Position numbers and translations under genes: made by a program. This document shows, one piece after another, positions 24,071 through 38,600 of a DNA stretch of 64,000 nucleotides. The notes under the pieces were generated by a model, which did no database searches, was not told the DNA's origin, and saw only the letters and a list, made by a program, of their open reading frames with translations. Source of the DNA: Antedon mediterranea (Eukaryota; Animalia; Echinodermata). The stretch is from positions 10,748,101 through 10,812,100 of the forward strand of contig NC_092677.1 of NCBI RefSeq assembly GCF_964355755.1. Direction: 5' to 3'. Positions within the stretch are counted from its first letter, which is position 1. The number at the start of each line of letters is the position of its first letter.

Positions 24071-26054
24071 TCAAATTTGAAGAAACTATGTTGTATTGAA
24101 ACGATAAAAGAATTAAGAAATGGAACATCAACATGAAAGCGATATCATTTTAATATATTTGATATTATAATTATATAAAATATAATTTTAATATAATTAT
24201 ATAATTTTGTAACATTAATTTTTAAATATTTTTGTTGTGTAGTATAAGTTTAATAATTATTGTTATTTATGCAATTATTGTATTGTGATTAATTCATTGC
24301 ACAAGAAGAATAGTTCAAAGTTATAAATTAAACTGTCTGTCAATATAGGTATTAGTATAATATAGTAGATGTATTTAAAATGCATTTGACATACATTATT
24401 TTTATGTACAAAAAATATTTTTAAAAATTTAATAGAGTTTTATGAATTAGATTCATTGTACATTAGGTTATTTATTGTTTATATAACATTTAGAATAATG
24501 GAATTTTGTGCGTAAGTCTAATAACTTGATTGATGACGTCATTTACTAAATTTTGTATTAGGTTGTGTTTAGACTACCCATCATAGAAATTGAATCAGTT
24601 TAATATTGTGCTGTCCTGCATCGTGTAAAAGATTGCCAAAGCCACAAACAATAGCCTAGGCCTGGTTTCTGTATTTAATACTGAGTTTACCGCCTCTGCT
24701 AGTATTGCACTTAATTGATAATTTTATTTTTAATTTAGTAATTTTGTTCTTTTTTTTTATTCAACTGAATGTGCTTATAAACAACAAGTTAGTTTCTGAC
24801 TACTGACTGAAACGTATTTTTGATTATTTATCGATATTTTAAGAATAAACATTTTTCCTCAAAAGACTGCTTCATGTTTTTATTTATATTACATATTTTT
24901 TTTAATATACATATTTAAATCGATAAAAACATAACATTTATTTTCTTGTTTATATATTAATAATAATTATAATAATAATACTTATAATACTTTTCTCACT
25001 CATACAAAAACAAAACAAAATGAAAATCAGAAATGAGTAAAGAAAAATAAAACGATTTAAATTATATGAAAAATCATTGATTACTAAAGAGGGTGGATGT
25101 TCCTAAAAGCAACGCTTTACAAGACAAAAAAATAAGTATAGATGTGTAGAAAATATTAATGTTAAATAATGTTTAAAATGTATAGTAAGGTTAATCTGTT
25201 TTGACCTACATACTTTACCAGTACCAGTTTCTCTGCCATGGCGTGCTTTTGTTGAAAGCAATATAAAAATGTTGTTAAATTATAAAAAAAAAATATAGTT
25301 TTTGAGTAAAGTGTTCTATATTATAAATTCTAAATTGATACAGTAATTAATTTTATACAAGTCTTTATTGAGAAATAATCAATAAATGTGTCAACAATTT
25401 GCACATGATAAAACTTCATTTAGTCCTGTGTAAACATTTAAACTAGAAGACAACAATAAGTGATTAAACATGTTGATTAGGTTTCTTGGTATTATATTAC
25501 AGTTTATCAATATTAATTCTTAGTTAATTCACTTTAATGCTGTTGTGACAGACACTATTGCTCAATCTATCCACGGATATGTTACAGTTCAGCTGTCTAT
25601 CTGCCATTATGAGTGTGGTATAGTGTATTCAATAAGGAAGAGATAGAAGAGACAGTTGCAGATCTAGAAATGTTCAGTGAAGATGAAGGAATCTCAGTTC
25701 AAGTACTTTTTCTGTGGTAGCAGGAGTGTCCACCTGTCCTGTACTTTCTACATTGAGTGACACTTGGTGCTAATGCTAATTGGGGGTTGGGAAGGAGGGA
25801 GTGGGTATTTCAGATAACAACTTGGCCTCATTAAAAAAGTGTTTTTTTAATAAATGTTTGTGTCTTTAGTTTTTCAGAACCAAAGCTTCATGAAATAGCC
25901 GAGGTGATAAAAAAGTTCCAGAAACTATTCAGCCATGTTCTTAGAAGTTGCAGAAAATAAAAACAATTCTGATATCAAATTATTTCTCTCATTTTTATTG
26001 TTTTTGATACTGAATAATGCAATGTATTTAAAAATAATATATAATGTTTAATAT

Positions 26055-26482
26055 TTGTATAGTTGGCTATGATTGTTTTTTACCATTTGATAGAAAGAGT
26101 TCAGAATTATATTACATAAAAATCGTGTTTAAATGTCTCCATCTAACCCATATCCATATATATTTGTTGAGCTATATTTTCTTGTGTTTAGTATATTTTT
26201 TATATATTCTTGATTTTTTATAGTTGGCTATTGTTTTTTACCATTTAATAGAAAAAGTTTAGAATTATATTACATAAAAATCGTCTTAAAATGTCTCCAT
26301 CTAAACCTTATCCACATATATTTGTTGAGGTATATTTTCTTGTGTTTAGTCAATTTTTAATATTTCTTGATGTTTTATAGTTGGCTATTGTTTTTTACCA
26401 TTTAATAGAAAAAATTCAGAATTATATTACATAAAAATCATGTTCTAAACTAATCTAACCCTTATCCACAGATATTTGTTGC
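26055..26482. repeat. ~160-bp tandem repeat, about 3 copies
   Basis: TATAGTTGGCTAT..TTTTTACCATTT..TAGAAA recurs at ~26058, 26219 and 26376. Confidence 0.85.
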
Positions 26483-26554
26483 AATCTCAAAACCTTTGAA
26501 CAATTGAAGCAGAGAAAGAACCCCCAAAAACCTAACATTTTTTTATATTTTAAG

Positions 26555-26656
26555 TGAACTGTTCGTCTGATGTGGATTGCTTCCATGGACAGTGCATTGA
26601 CTTCTGGTGTGAATGTGAAGAAGGTTGGGAACTTGTCCGTAACAGAGGCTGTTACA
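26555..26656 (+). CDS. EGF-like exon of aGPCR 2 (not in ORF track)
   Basis: After taag acceptor reads NCSSDVDCFHGQCIDFWCECEEGWELVRNRGCY with six EGF-spaced Cys. Phase 1-1, compatible with the next exon. Confidence 0.8.
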
Positions 26657-29600
26657 GTTAGTAATATTTATATTACGATTTCTATAATACAGACAACTCT
26701 CTGAAAACCAGAATCCCCCAACAGTCCCATATTCATTTTTACCATTAAAAACACATTCTGAATACCAGACTTTCGGGAAAATCAGACATATTTGGCCAGC
26801 CCAAAGGTGTCCAGTTTTTGGAGAGTTGACTGTACGTGTTACGATGTTTTCTAATGCTTTATTTATGCCTAGTTTGAATTACAAACATGCATGTCTTTTC
26901 CACTTATTTGTACAGGAAAAACATTGACTTCATAGTATATATGTATGTTCGTTACAAGTTTAAATTGTGTGAGAGATCATGTTATCTGATGTTAAAATGA
27001 TGCTACTGCAGTAAATGCATTTGTAACTAAAATAACGCAAGAGGTTTGTTTGTTCGTACAGTAATTAAAAGTTTGGCAATTCCAGTGTGTATGATTACAC
27101 AAACAGCTTGTTATACCTATTGAATAAACAGGTTAAAAATTAAACAAATGTAGTTACTGCAGTAAACTAAAATAGTAACATTTTGACATGGATGGTCCCT
27201 AACATAGGGATGTCTAGTATTGTCATGATCTTTGTTCTTTTGTGTAATATCTAATTTATAACAATATCACTATTTGGTCATTAATGTTCATCATAGTAAA
27301 AATGTTCTCAAATTAAGAACTTAAACTTTTATTTATTGTTAAGAATTGACATGTGATGATGAGCTTAAAAATGATTCCTGCTACTACATCAGACCAAAAC
27401 AAGTCACATGGTTCACTGCAAGTGAGATATGCCGAGAAACCGGATTTGCTCTTGTGAGCATCGACACTAAAACTGAAGATGACTTTCTCCAGACGATCTC
27501 CAACAAGTTTTGGATGATTGACCGTGCTATATACAGCTATGATAACAAAGAGTGGTCTTCGGACAGGAAAACTTCTTATAAAAGTTTAGACAATGATGTT
27601 GATGGTTTTGACGAGCCTATGGTATGCCTTGGAGAAGTTGGTACAACCTTTGAATACCGAGTATGCACTGAGTATTTCTCCACTGATCTTGTGTGTGAGA
27701 GACGTAAGAACACTTTTTGATATTTTTGTATGCATTAACTTAATAATTAACATAGTTATAATGACACATACAAAAGATACAATCAGGGAAGAGTAAAATT
27801 ATTAATTTCACTCTTCCCTAATACAATATTATTATCAGTGAATAGCACACATCACACACATGGCTGTATACTGAACATATGCTATATAAACAATTGTAAA
27901 CAATTTAATCTACCACTGTATTACTAGAAAATGTTCAACCACTCTGGTGGTGAGTGAATGCTTGAACGACAACAGCATCGTTTTGTCACATAAAGTTTAG
28001 AGATAGAGCTTTAAGCTTTGTCTGCACTATTAAACTTTAGACACGATGATATCTCTACCATATTTAGGCACATTGCAATTTTTTTGGATAGTGCAGACAG
28101 AGCTTTAAATTACATAGTATCAAACTCATATTGTACAAATTAAATCTTGGTTTCCACTTGGATTCAAATGCAAATGAGTTCAGATGTGGTTGTTTCTAAA
28201 TGGATATTAGAAACTGATTATAATCTTGTTTTTTCTTAAGCTATCATCTTTCCTAATGGTGCCTGTTATGATGACACTGACTGTTCACATGAAGAAACTT
28301 GCTTCAACTGGCAGTGTGAACGACTTGGTTTGTATATGCCATTTTATTTCACTTTAACATGTTTATTTCACTTAAACCTGTTTATTTCACTTCAACCTGT
28401 TTATTTCACTTCAACCTGTCTATTTCACTTTAACCTGTTTATTTCACTTTAACCTGTTTATTTAAATTTAACCTGTTTATTTCACTTTAACCTGTTTATT
28501 TAAATTTAACCTGTTTATTTCACTTTAACCTGTTTATTTAAATTTAACCTGTTTATTTCACTTTAACCTGTTTATTTCACTTCAACCTGTCTATTTCACT
28601 TTAACCTTTTTATTTCACTTTAACCTGTTTATTTAAATTTAACCTGTTTATTTCACTTTAACCTGTTTATTTAAATTTAACCGGTTTATTTCACTTTAAC
28701 ATGTTTATTTCACTTCAACCTGTTTATTTCACTTTAACCTGTTTATTTCACTTTAACCTGTTTATTTCACTTCAACCTGTTTATTTCACTTTAACCTGTT
28801 TATTTCACTTTAACCTGTTTATTTCACTTCAACCTGTTTATTTCACTTTAACCTGTTTATTTCACTTCAACCTGTCTATTTCACTTTAACCTTTTTATTT
28901 CACTTTAACCTGTTTATTTAAATTTAACCTGTTTATTTCACTTTAACCTGTTTATTTAAATTTAACCTGTTTATTTCACTTTAACATGTTTATTTCACTT
29001 CAACCTGTTTATTTCACTTTAACCTGTTTATTTCACTTTAACCTGTTTATTTCACTTCAACCTGTTTATTTCACTTTAACCTGTTTATTTCACTTTAACC
29101 TGTTTATTTCACTTCAACCTGTTTATTTCACTTCAACCTGTCTTTTTCACTTTAACCTTTTTATTTCACTTTAACCTGTTTATTTAAATTTAACCTGTTT
29201 ATTTCACTTTAACCTGTTTATTTCACTTTAACCTGTTTATTTTAATTTAACCTGTTTATTTCACTTCAACCTGTTTATTTCACTTTAACCTGTTTATTTC
29301 ACTTTAACCTGTTTATTTAAATTTAACCTGTTTATTTCACTTTCCTGTTGATAAGCTAGCCTACACACATGTTTTACTGGTATAAAACTAGTCTATTTTC
29401 ATTCTAATTTCCTTTCTTTTCAGTTATCCGGAAAGAAGTAAAGTGTTCATTCAACTTACCTATCATGACTACCACCTCAATAATTGAGACAGTGACTACA
29501 GAATATATTACAACAAGCCAGACACTAACATCAAACTCAACAGTCAATCCAACAACCGGTTTCGACAACATCACAACACCATATTATAATGTCACGTCAA

Positions 29601-32600
29601 CACCATATTATACAACAACACCAGTTCTTCCTACCACTGAACAAGTTACAAAGCAGACAAATTGCCACATCGATGGATTTCCGGAAGACCTTTTCCTTGG
29701 CGCTGATGATCTGGTCGTCGCTGATGGTATCCAAGATCATGCCCTACATTTTGATGGTTCTGGTAACTTTTCAACATTCCTGTATGATATGCCATGTCCA
29801 TTTTTACCATATAAGTGCACCAATGGTTTGACAGTGTCTTTGTGGATAAAACCAACTCATGCAGAACTAGAAGACCAGGGTTTAGCTTATTTTGTTTCAT
29901 CAGGTAGGCCTTCATCAAAGATTCTCTGTGCTGTATCTAGAATTTAGCCAGTATCAGGCAAGTTCTGTAATGAAGTTTCACATATACATCACATGTGACA
30001 CCTGTATCATAGGCCATTAACGTTACTTTAACATATTAGGTGCATACATGTAACCTGTATATTACAGAATTTGCCTATGAAGACTGATAGATAATGTATG
30101 GATTTACAGTTAAGAGAATTGGGTGAAATATCAAGTATGCTCTTCCCTGATAATATCAATTAATCTTTCTGTTATTACAAAACATTTTAGGTGCTCCAAG
30201 TCGAACAGGGTTTGCAATCTACAGACAGAACAGAGACATTCACATCGTTGTTAATACAGACAATTCCACATGGGAAACTGTCATCAGTCATAATACACTT
30301 ATGACTGATGTCTGGAGTAGTATTGCGTTCACATGGGGACCTAGAATAGTAGCAGACGTCACAACGGTTGAATCACAAACATCTGTTACGATGGAAGAAA
30401 ACTCCACATTGTCACCAACTTCTACGATGGAACCACAATCTTCTGCTACGATGACTACCAAAGCTCCTTTTTCTGATGTTGTTTTATCCGTGAGTTATAA
30501 AAAATGTGAAAAAAAAATGTTTATACAATATTTTTTTAATAGCCATTGTAATTTAATAGTTATTCACTTTAACCAAATATTTACTTGAAAGAAAAACATA
30601 ATTTAAAGACAAAAATAGTTAACCAGAAGCCCATGACAACCTCACTCATTTTAACAGAAAGCCTATAAAGTTTGTATAAACAGCAGCAATTTGAAACCCT
30701 GTTTTGTGTTGGTTCTTTTTTGTGCTTTGAGTGGCCACTAATAAATATTCAGATATTCTTCTGTTGTATTTTTAGGCGTTCATAGATGGGGAATTCATTA
30801 GTCAATGTAACACAAGCAGTGCCATTTCGGTCAATGAGAGTACGCGACTGTTGGTCATTGGCGGTTATTATGATGCTGATACTGATGTATTCAAACACTC
30901 TATGCTGGGTTTACTTGATGAACTTTTCATATCAGACCAGAACAATCAAAGTGGAATTGACCTTCTGCATGGAGTTGGTGAGTGCACGTTGTAGACGAGA
31001 GATTACAAGATCGATTCCAAACTGGTGATTTGTTTATCCACTGTGACTTGTTTTGTTTTTCAGACTTGGATGCGTGTAAAACCGCAAATGACTGCGATAA
31101 TGGAACATGTTTTACATCTGCTGGTGACAGAGAATGCCGATGTTATCCAGGCTTTGAAGGTGACGCATGTGAATCAGGTAGGATGAACTTGATATATAGA
31201 GGTTCTGTTCACACCTGGATGCACTGAACTATTATATATTTCTTTCAGTGATACATACAAAAGGAGCAATGTTAAAAAAAACTACCGCCAAAGGCGAGTC
31301 TCTTCAACTCCAGACATAGCATAATATTGAAATCATATTAAATTATAATTTATGGGCAATATCTTTTTTTTTTAGATGTCGTAGAGTGTGCTAGTTCACC
31401 TTGTTTTAATGGAACGTGTTTAGAAGGCCAAAACGAGTTCACATGTGATTGTTTGGAAAATTGGGGAGGAATGTTCTGCGAAAAGAGTAAGTTGGTATTT
31501 ATAAATGTATAAAGTAATATACAGTATTACAATAGAGCATCAATTTTAAGATGTTTTGATATTACTTTTTGGATTGAGGGTTTTTTATAACATGGGAAAT
31601 AAAATGTTTCAATTAATGTCATTCAAAATTAGAGTAAAACTGTACCAAAATATAAAGCAAAAAGCAAACATCTTTACACAAATTTAATACAGTAGGTTAG
31701 ATGTGAAAGCATGTGCTAATATGATAGTTTAATATATACTTAGTTTTGTTTTTTGTATTGTATAATAATGATGGAGTAAGAGCAGTCTTCTGTTTGGGCT
31801 CATGCCTATTACTTGCTCCTGGCAAGATGAAATGTAAAACCTACTTTTAAGAACTTTTGCCGAATAGATATTATTATTAACAGATCTTTGTCCAGCTGTG
31901 AACTACAATGAAGATGTCAAAGAATTGACTTTTTACAACACTAGTTGTAAGTATAACACTATTTTCATTCGTATTATTTTTTATTAAATGTTATTGTAAA
32001 CTGTTGCTTGTGATTGGTCAACTCACTTTTATTGCAACCAAGTGGGAACCAAGTTTATGGTTGCACATAACCAATGTGGATACAAGCTTAAGCTCTGCCT
32101 ACACAGAACCTTATGATGAGAATGCTTCTTTTTGTGTGTTTTCCTTTAGGCAATGGAACTATTGAGGTATTTATAAATCCAGTTTACACTGCATCCAAAG
32201 CCTACAAAACATTTTCCAATGTCCTTGGATCTGGGAGTACAGCTATTGATATTATCATATCAACAGAAGACGGGAGAGGTGGTGGGTGCACAGTAGATCC
32301 AGTTCTGACATCAGAAAACGCATCTTACAAGCTAGAAGATCTTAAAACATGCATTGACTCACCTTCTTCGTGCGCTAATGGGTTTGCAATGTCAGTATGG
32401 ATAAAGGTAGAGAGAGATAATTCGACAATAAATGAAACATTGTATGGAGTGGTTCTTGACACCAAAAAGGGTAGTGAAGGTGTGCGGATTAGGTTCTCTG
32501 GAAGTCAACACCTTGTTGTTGAAGGTATGCATAATTCCATCTACTTCTTCGTCTGGGATGCCCTAGAGAAATACACCTTTAATACAAAATTTCCAATTAA

Positions 32601-35600
32601 TTTCTATTATGTGCAGTTGCATTTATTTTTGCTAGATCCGTTGCTTTTTTGAGTTTCAAGGTTTTTGAGGAATTTTAAGTAATTATTAAGTGTTACTAGT
32701 AATTCTGTTTGCGGTCTTCCTCTAAATTTAATGTGGTTCATTTCCTGAAAGTAGAATGCAAAGTTTTGCAGAAACGTTATCATTTAGTCTAAGAATATGG
32801 CGGAATAATTTCCGTCTCGCTTTGAGAGGATCAGCCAATAGCAAAACATAAAGGTTGATAAAAAAACTTTTTCTTTCTATAGTATTCAATGGTACAGACA
32901 ACTTGAAAACCGTTTCTACTGACTTTAGGCTTGTCGAAGACTTCTGGTTTAACATTGGGATTTCATGGCGAAATGATCTTGGCATTTCTATCTACATTAA
33001 TGGAGATCTACAACAGGCGACTGTGAAAGTGACTGATTTTGTTAATGGTGATGATGGAGAACTCAACATTGGAAGCCTCACAGGCAGCCGTTCGTTGTTT
33101 CCAATGTCAATCTCAGATATTGTTATTTGGAATCGCTATTTATTTGAATTTGAGTCATACAGGTTCATTGGTTTGACTGGTCAGTACAATAGTTTATTAA
33201 AATATTTACAGGTATAATTCCAAATTAAAAATGGCGTTATCTTCAAATTAAAAAAAAATTGAAGCAAGAAGCAGACTAAAACTTTATGTAACCAAAGAAA
33301 TGTGATTTGCCCATATATGTACATGATGATGTCATACTACCATATTTGGGCATATCACCACCATATTTTTGCATCATCACACTTTTTTTGTCAAACAACT
33401 TTATAATCTTTGTTATAACAGCCTCTGAGATGTTGTATTTGTTTACAAGTAAGTATTACATCACAACGGATAAATTCATCAGGAGAGATCAGTTGGCCAT
33501 ATTTAACATGACAACGGCAACCAGTCCAGTTCTTGACATGTATGTGCCTTCTAATGTTGATCCTCCAACAGTCACCGGGAGAGATGTGAAAGGATTGGCA
33601 CTGGAACTTCGTGGTAGCACGAGCCTGGAAACCATATTCTCTGGTAAGTGTGTTGACTATTGTTTGAAGGTTTGCATAGCGAAATCAAATGTTGATATAA
33701 GTTTGTGGTACACCACGTATGTTAGTTCTGAAAAGAAGTGTTGAGTTTCTCGACGTTTCGATCAATATGCTTTGATCGTCTTCAGGAGTAAAAATGCAGA
33801 AAGTCCAGGAAATTTGGAATATAAGTTAAGTAATTTCTAATAAAGCATACTTTTTACAATATAAAACATATAACGATGGATTTAGGAATTGTGTATGTGT
33901 TTAAACTTAGCACTGACTTTACTCTTGTGAAATATTTAGTTCAATTACTTAGTTTGTAAATGTAGTCAAATAACCTGATTGCCACCTACTAGGTTAAATT
34001 GCACACAGTTTTTCATCTGTTTTTGTTCATTTATATAGATGAACTTCCAGGCACGTGTATCAGTGATCCTAGCCAATGCAGCAACGGATTCACAGCTTCA
34101 ATATGGGCTAAAATATTTGAACCAGAAAATGAACCAGAAAATGATAAATATGTGTTCATATTCAGCTCCGGTGAGCAGGCATCACGTGGTATGTCGATGT
34201 ACATTAGAATGCGTCAACAACTTAGTGTAGCGGTGACAGACGGCGACGCCCGATGGATCATAGATCTTGCATATGTACCTCACCATACTGAGTGGGTGCA
34301 TTTTGCCATCTCGTGGCATAAAGACATTGGTTTATTTCTTTATATCAATGGTAAGCCACGTGGTCTGGATAATTTAAGCTATCGAAAGATTCGTGCAAAT
34401 GATCTGCACCAACGACTTACCATTGGTCGACGTAACGACGTAAACTGCATGCAGTCGCACATCATATTTGAGGACTTTGTGTTTTCTGAAAAGTTTGTGG
34501 CTCCATTTGAAGCTATGACGTCGTTTGGATTACCAGGTTAGTATTTCATTAATCCAGCGTAATATTCATAAAGAAAAACATTTTGAAACAATACTTATAC
34601 TAAGTTGCAGAAATAACACCTGTTGTTGGCTCTTAAGAAATAATAGAATTACATTAAATAGTAAATGTTTTAGATCAACAAAATGTGGTAAGATGGTTCA
34701 TATGCCTACACATTTTTTCTTTTAGTTCTTTTGAGTATAAACAAATATTAAATTATTTATTTGTTTCATTTTATATCAGACACACGGAATTTTAAAGACC
34801 CAGTGTTGTTTTACAATGTGCATACACTTGTTGGTTCTGATCTTGATTTACTAAATATTGATGAGAGTGTTCGACAAACGTTGGGCCCTAGTGGAACTAA
34901 AATCAGTATAGAGGGATCCAAAATCATTGAATATTTGCAACTCAGTGAATCGGAAATTGTGTTGGGTAAGTACATATTTATCTTGGTGGTTAAAGCTTGG
35001 TTCCCACTAGAGACGCAACGTAGGGACTTGACGCAATGTAAGTGATTTGACCAATAACATGTAGTGGATTATTGGAACAGTAGCTTGCCATTGGTCAACT
35101 CGCTTATGTTGCATCTGCATCCTTACGTTACATCTCTAGTGGGAACCAAGCTTTAGGGTGATGTCAAATTAACTTTCTCAAAAGGCACCTTTTAAACTAG
35201 CTGATTTGTGTACAAGATTAATGATTTCTTTATTTTATTGTTATATTAAAGGAATTCCATCTGAGACTGTATGTTTTAATAATCCAGACCTCTGTGCAGA
35301 AGGTATCAGTTTGTCTGTATGGGTGAAATTAGCTGGAAACATGAGCATACTTCGGTAATTTGTAACTATAATATTATATATATATAATATATCATACTTA
35401 CCTGAATAGAGAGAAGCACCCATTTGCAAAATGGAATATCCCTCTCTTGTTGTCACTTTGACATTGTCTGATGACCTTTTCATTAGGCCTATTTCCCTTT
35501 TTAAAATGTTGCTAATGTTTTGTTTTTTTTCCTTTAATATGTTTTGATGTATTATTATGTATTCTTGTTTGTTTATTCTAGATCACCTGGTATATCCATT

Positions 35601-38600
35601 ACCATTGTGGATGATGTTTTGAATTGTACAATAGGAAATCCACAACACACAGAAGCACAAACCAATATTGTATGTATTTTTTCCTATTTAACTACCTTTA
35701 GGTACACTTTCACATCAGCTTAATTTGGAAAATGTACTATCATTTATAAATATGCTTGATACACTGAGCATGTGAAAACAACCAAATATAAATAATTATT
35801 CACCATGTGGCCAAAAAAGTGCAAATTATGACTGAGATTCTTGTTATATTTTCTGCAGAATAACATAAATACAACATGGATAAACATTGCGGTAACATGG
35901 AGTAAATTGAACAGTCTGGATGTTTACATAAATGGAGATTTATTTAACTCCACTGTCTATACCATTTCTGTGGCCTCGCCCAATGAAACAACCATTGGAG
36001 AAATAACTGACCCAGGCCTAGCTATATTCAATCTTGCTTTCTGGGATCGTTTTACATACAAACGTCATTCTGCTAAATTCCTTGGGATAACAGGTAAGCT
36101 AATGATGTGTTTATGTGTTTATATTAACAATTACAAAACATGTCATGGAGATGTTGAGAAGTCATATTATCACTGAATTTCATTCATCTGGAATGTAGTC
36201 TTTGTGATCAGGTTCTGGTACTCTGCCATTTGACTTCTTTTATTGAATGTTTTTAGCACAATGATGATTTCTATAAAAATAATATAATTGATGATTTTTT
36301 TTTGTTGACCAACAGAAACCCAGCTAACATGTGTCAGAGAAGCAAACTACTGTTGGCCATTTGAGTCTGCTTTGAGCCTAGTTTACCCATACACCATTAG
36401 TCCAGAGGGAATCAGTTACACCATTGACAGAAATGAAGAAGGCAGAGCCATTGCAACAGATGGAATCAGTGGTTGGATATCACTAGGAAACTTCGATTCG
36501 TGCCCTGGGGATCCCAGCTTATGCACTGCTGGGTTCGCTTTGTCGATGTGGCTGAAAATCGGTGCAACCCAAAATGGTCACTTGTTCAGTGTTGGTGGAA
36601 AGAATACAAGTAAGAATACTGTAATGATGTTAGAGAATTGTGATAGTGATGATAGTAATCTGTAGACATAGTTGATGAAGTCAAAATGTATAAGTTCACC
36701 TGTTGTATTGTTTGATTTTGTAGACATGTTGGCTATTATCTATTTTGGAATAAAGAGTGTAGGGCGGGGTTGATCAGGGCCTAAAAATTGTAAAAGTTCT
36801 GAACTTAATCTAATGTTCTATCATTTGTATCCCATCTTGGATCCGCCTATGCTAACGAAAACATAAATATATTAATTTATATTATGATTTATTTGCAGCC
36901 AAAGGTGTATGGATTCAGCAGCAGTTTGATGTGGCGTTTGTAGAGGTGGCAAATGGCACTCACATATCGAGAGTGGACATCCCAGCTTTAACTTTACATG
37001 AATGGTTCCGGTTGGGCCTGTCATGGACAGCTACCAGCGGTTTGTTGGTTTCAATTAATGGAGAGGCATTTGCCAAGCAGGTAGAAGCATAGTTTCTTCA
37101 AAATGTTTCTGTTTGTACATTTTATTTAGTATTAAATCATTAGTGTCAAGCTCTGCAATTTATTTACTTTATCGTTGTGATTTAGCTTTTTTCTTATTTT
37201 ATTTGTATCTCCATTGAGATCCAGCTACTGATACTCATAGCATTGTCATTTTGTATCTCCATTGAGATCCAGCCACTGATACTCATAGCATTGTCATTTT
37301 TTCAGTAATTTGCTTTTTATTTACACTATTTCTATTATATCCATTATGTTGCCTTAGGAGCCGTTTTCAGCCAATGGTCGCTCCACTAACTTCAGTACCG
37401 AAATGTTTCTTGGTAAAGTAAGCGGATTCAATGGAAACTATGTGATAGCAGAATATGACGAGGTTGAACTTTACCAATCAAGTAATGTCCCAGACACAAC
37501 ATCTCTTAGTGGAACTAATGGTATAGTGCATTATTGTTAGAATATTCTAAATTATTATTTTAACTTGATTGTTCTTAAATAATAAACACCGTAATCAAGA
37601 GAGAAACATTGGTCACTAATAGGCCCACCTTCTGTTTAGTTATTTGAAAGCTATAGAAATTATTATTATAACAGCCTTGCCTAAAACTAATTTGTATAAC
37701 AATATGCATGAGATATGTTAGTTGGTTTCTTTTGTTTTTTTTATGCTAAAGAAAGTACCCAATACGAGACGGCAGATGAATATTATGTAATTGCAAATGA
37801 CATTGTTGGTGCAGTGCATTATACACCATATGAGAATAGTGCATTCGATTATATTGATTTAGGTAAGTGGAAATATGCTGGGTGTACTGGTTTCAAAACT
37901 TGACATTGCCATTGTAAATGGAAAATTTTTAGCCCTATGTAGCATTGCCTGAAAGAGGTATTGCCTGCTTATAAAGTCTGCTACTGTCAATGACGCCAAT
38001 GTCATGATGGTGACAAAAAAAGTGGGATGTGCCCAAATATGGTAGTGATGACATCATCGTATCCATATATGGTGAGAGCCTCCCCAACAACAGTTTAAAA
38101 TCTGAAACTTACCTTGATGTCTTTTAATTTCCATCTCTAATTATGATGAATATTTTAGGTGATTTTGCTAAACGTTGCTTAAGCGTGCTTGAAAGATGTT
38201 CATCAGCTGGGGTCACTATGTCTGTGTGGTTTAAACCTGCTACGGCTACTTTCACAGACCCAGAAACAAACAGCGAAGGCAGAGGCTACATTATCAGGTA
38301 AAAGAGAGCCATTTGATCGTATTTGATTTTTGGTCGTACAGAGAGATTTAGATCTTCACCAGTCCCTTTCTTAGCCCAACTCATTAATGATGATGTTTCA
38401 ATGAATATTGAATAGGCTGGCACTATTTAACTTACCGGTGGACAAATTTTAAGTTTTACTATTTATACATATTTATATATTCTTTTTATCAAATATTGTA
38501 AAATACTACTTTTCAGCCTTTTGCCTGCCATTGTATTATTGATTTCTTTTTTATGAATAAATATACCTGAATATATTTGATTTATATCGTGTTGAAACAT

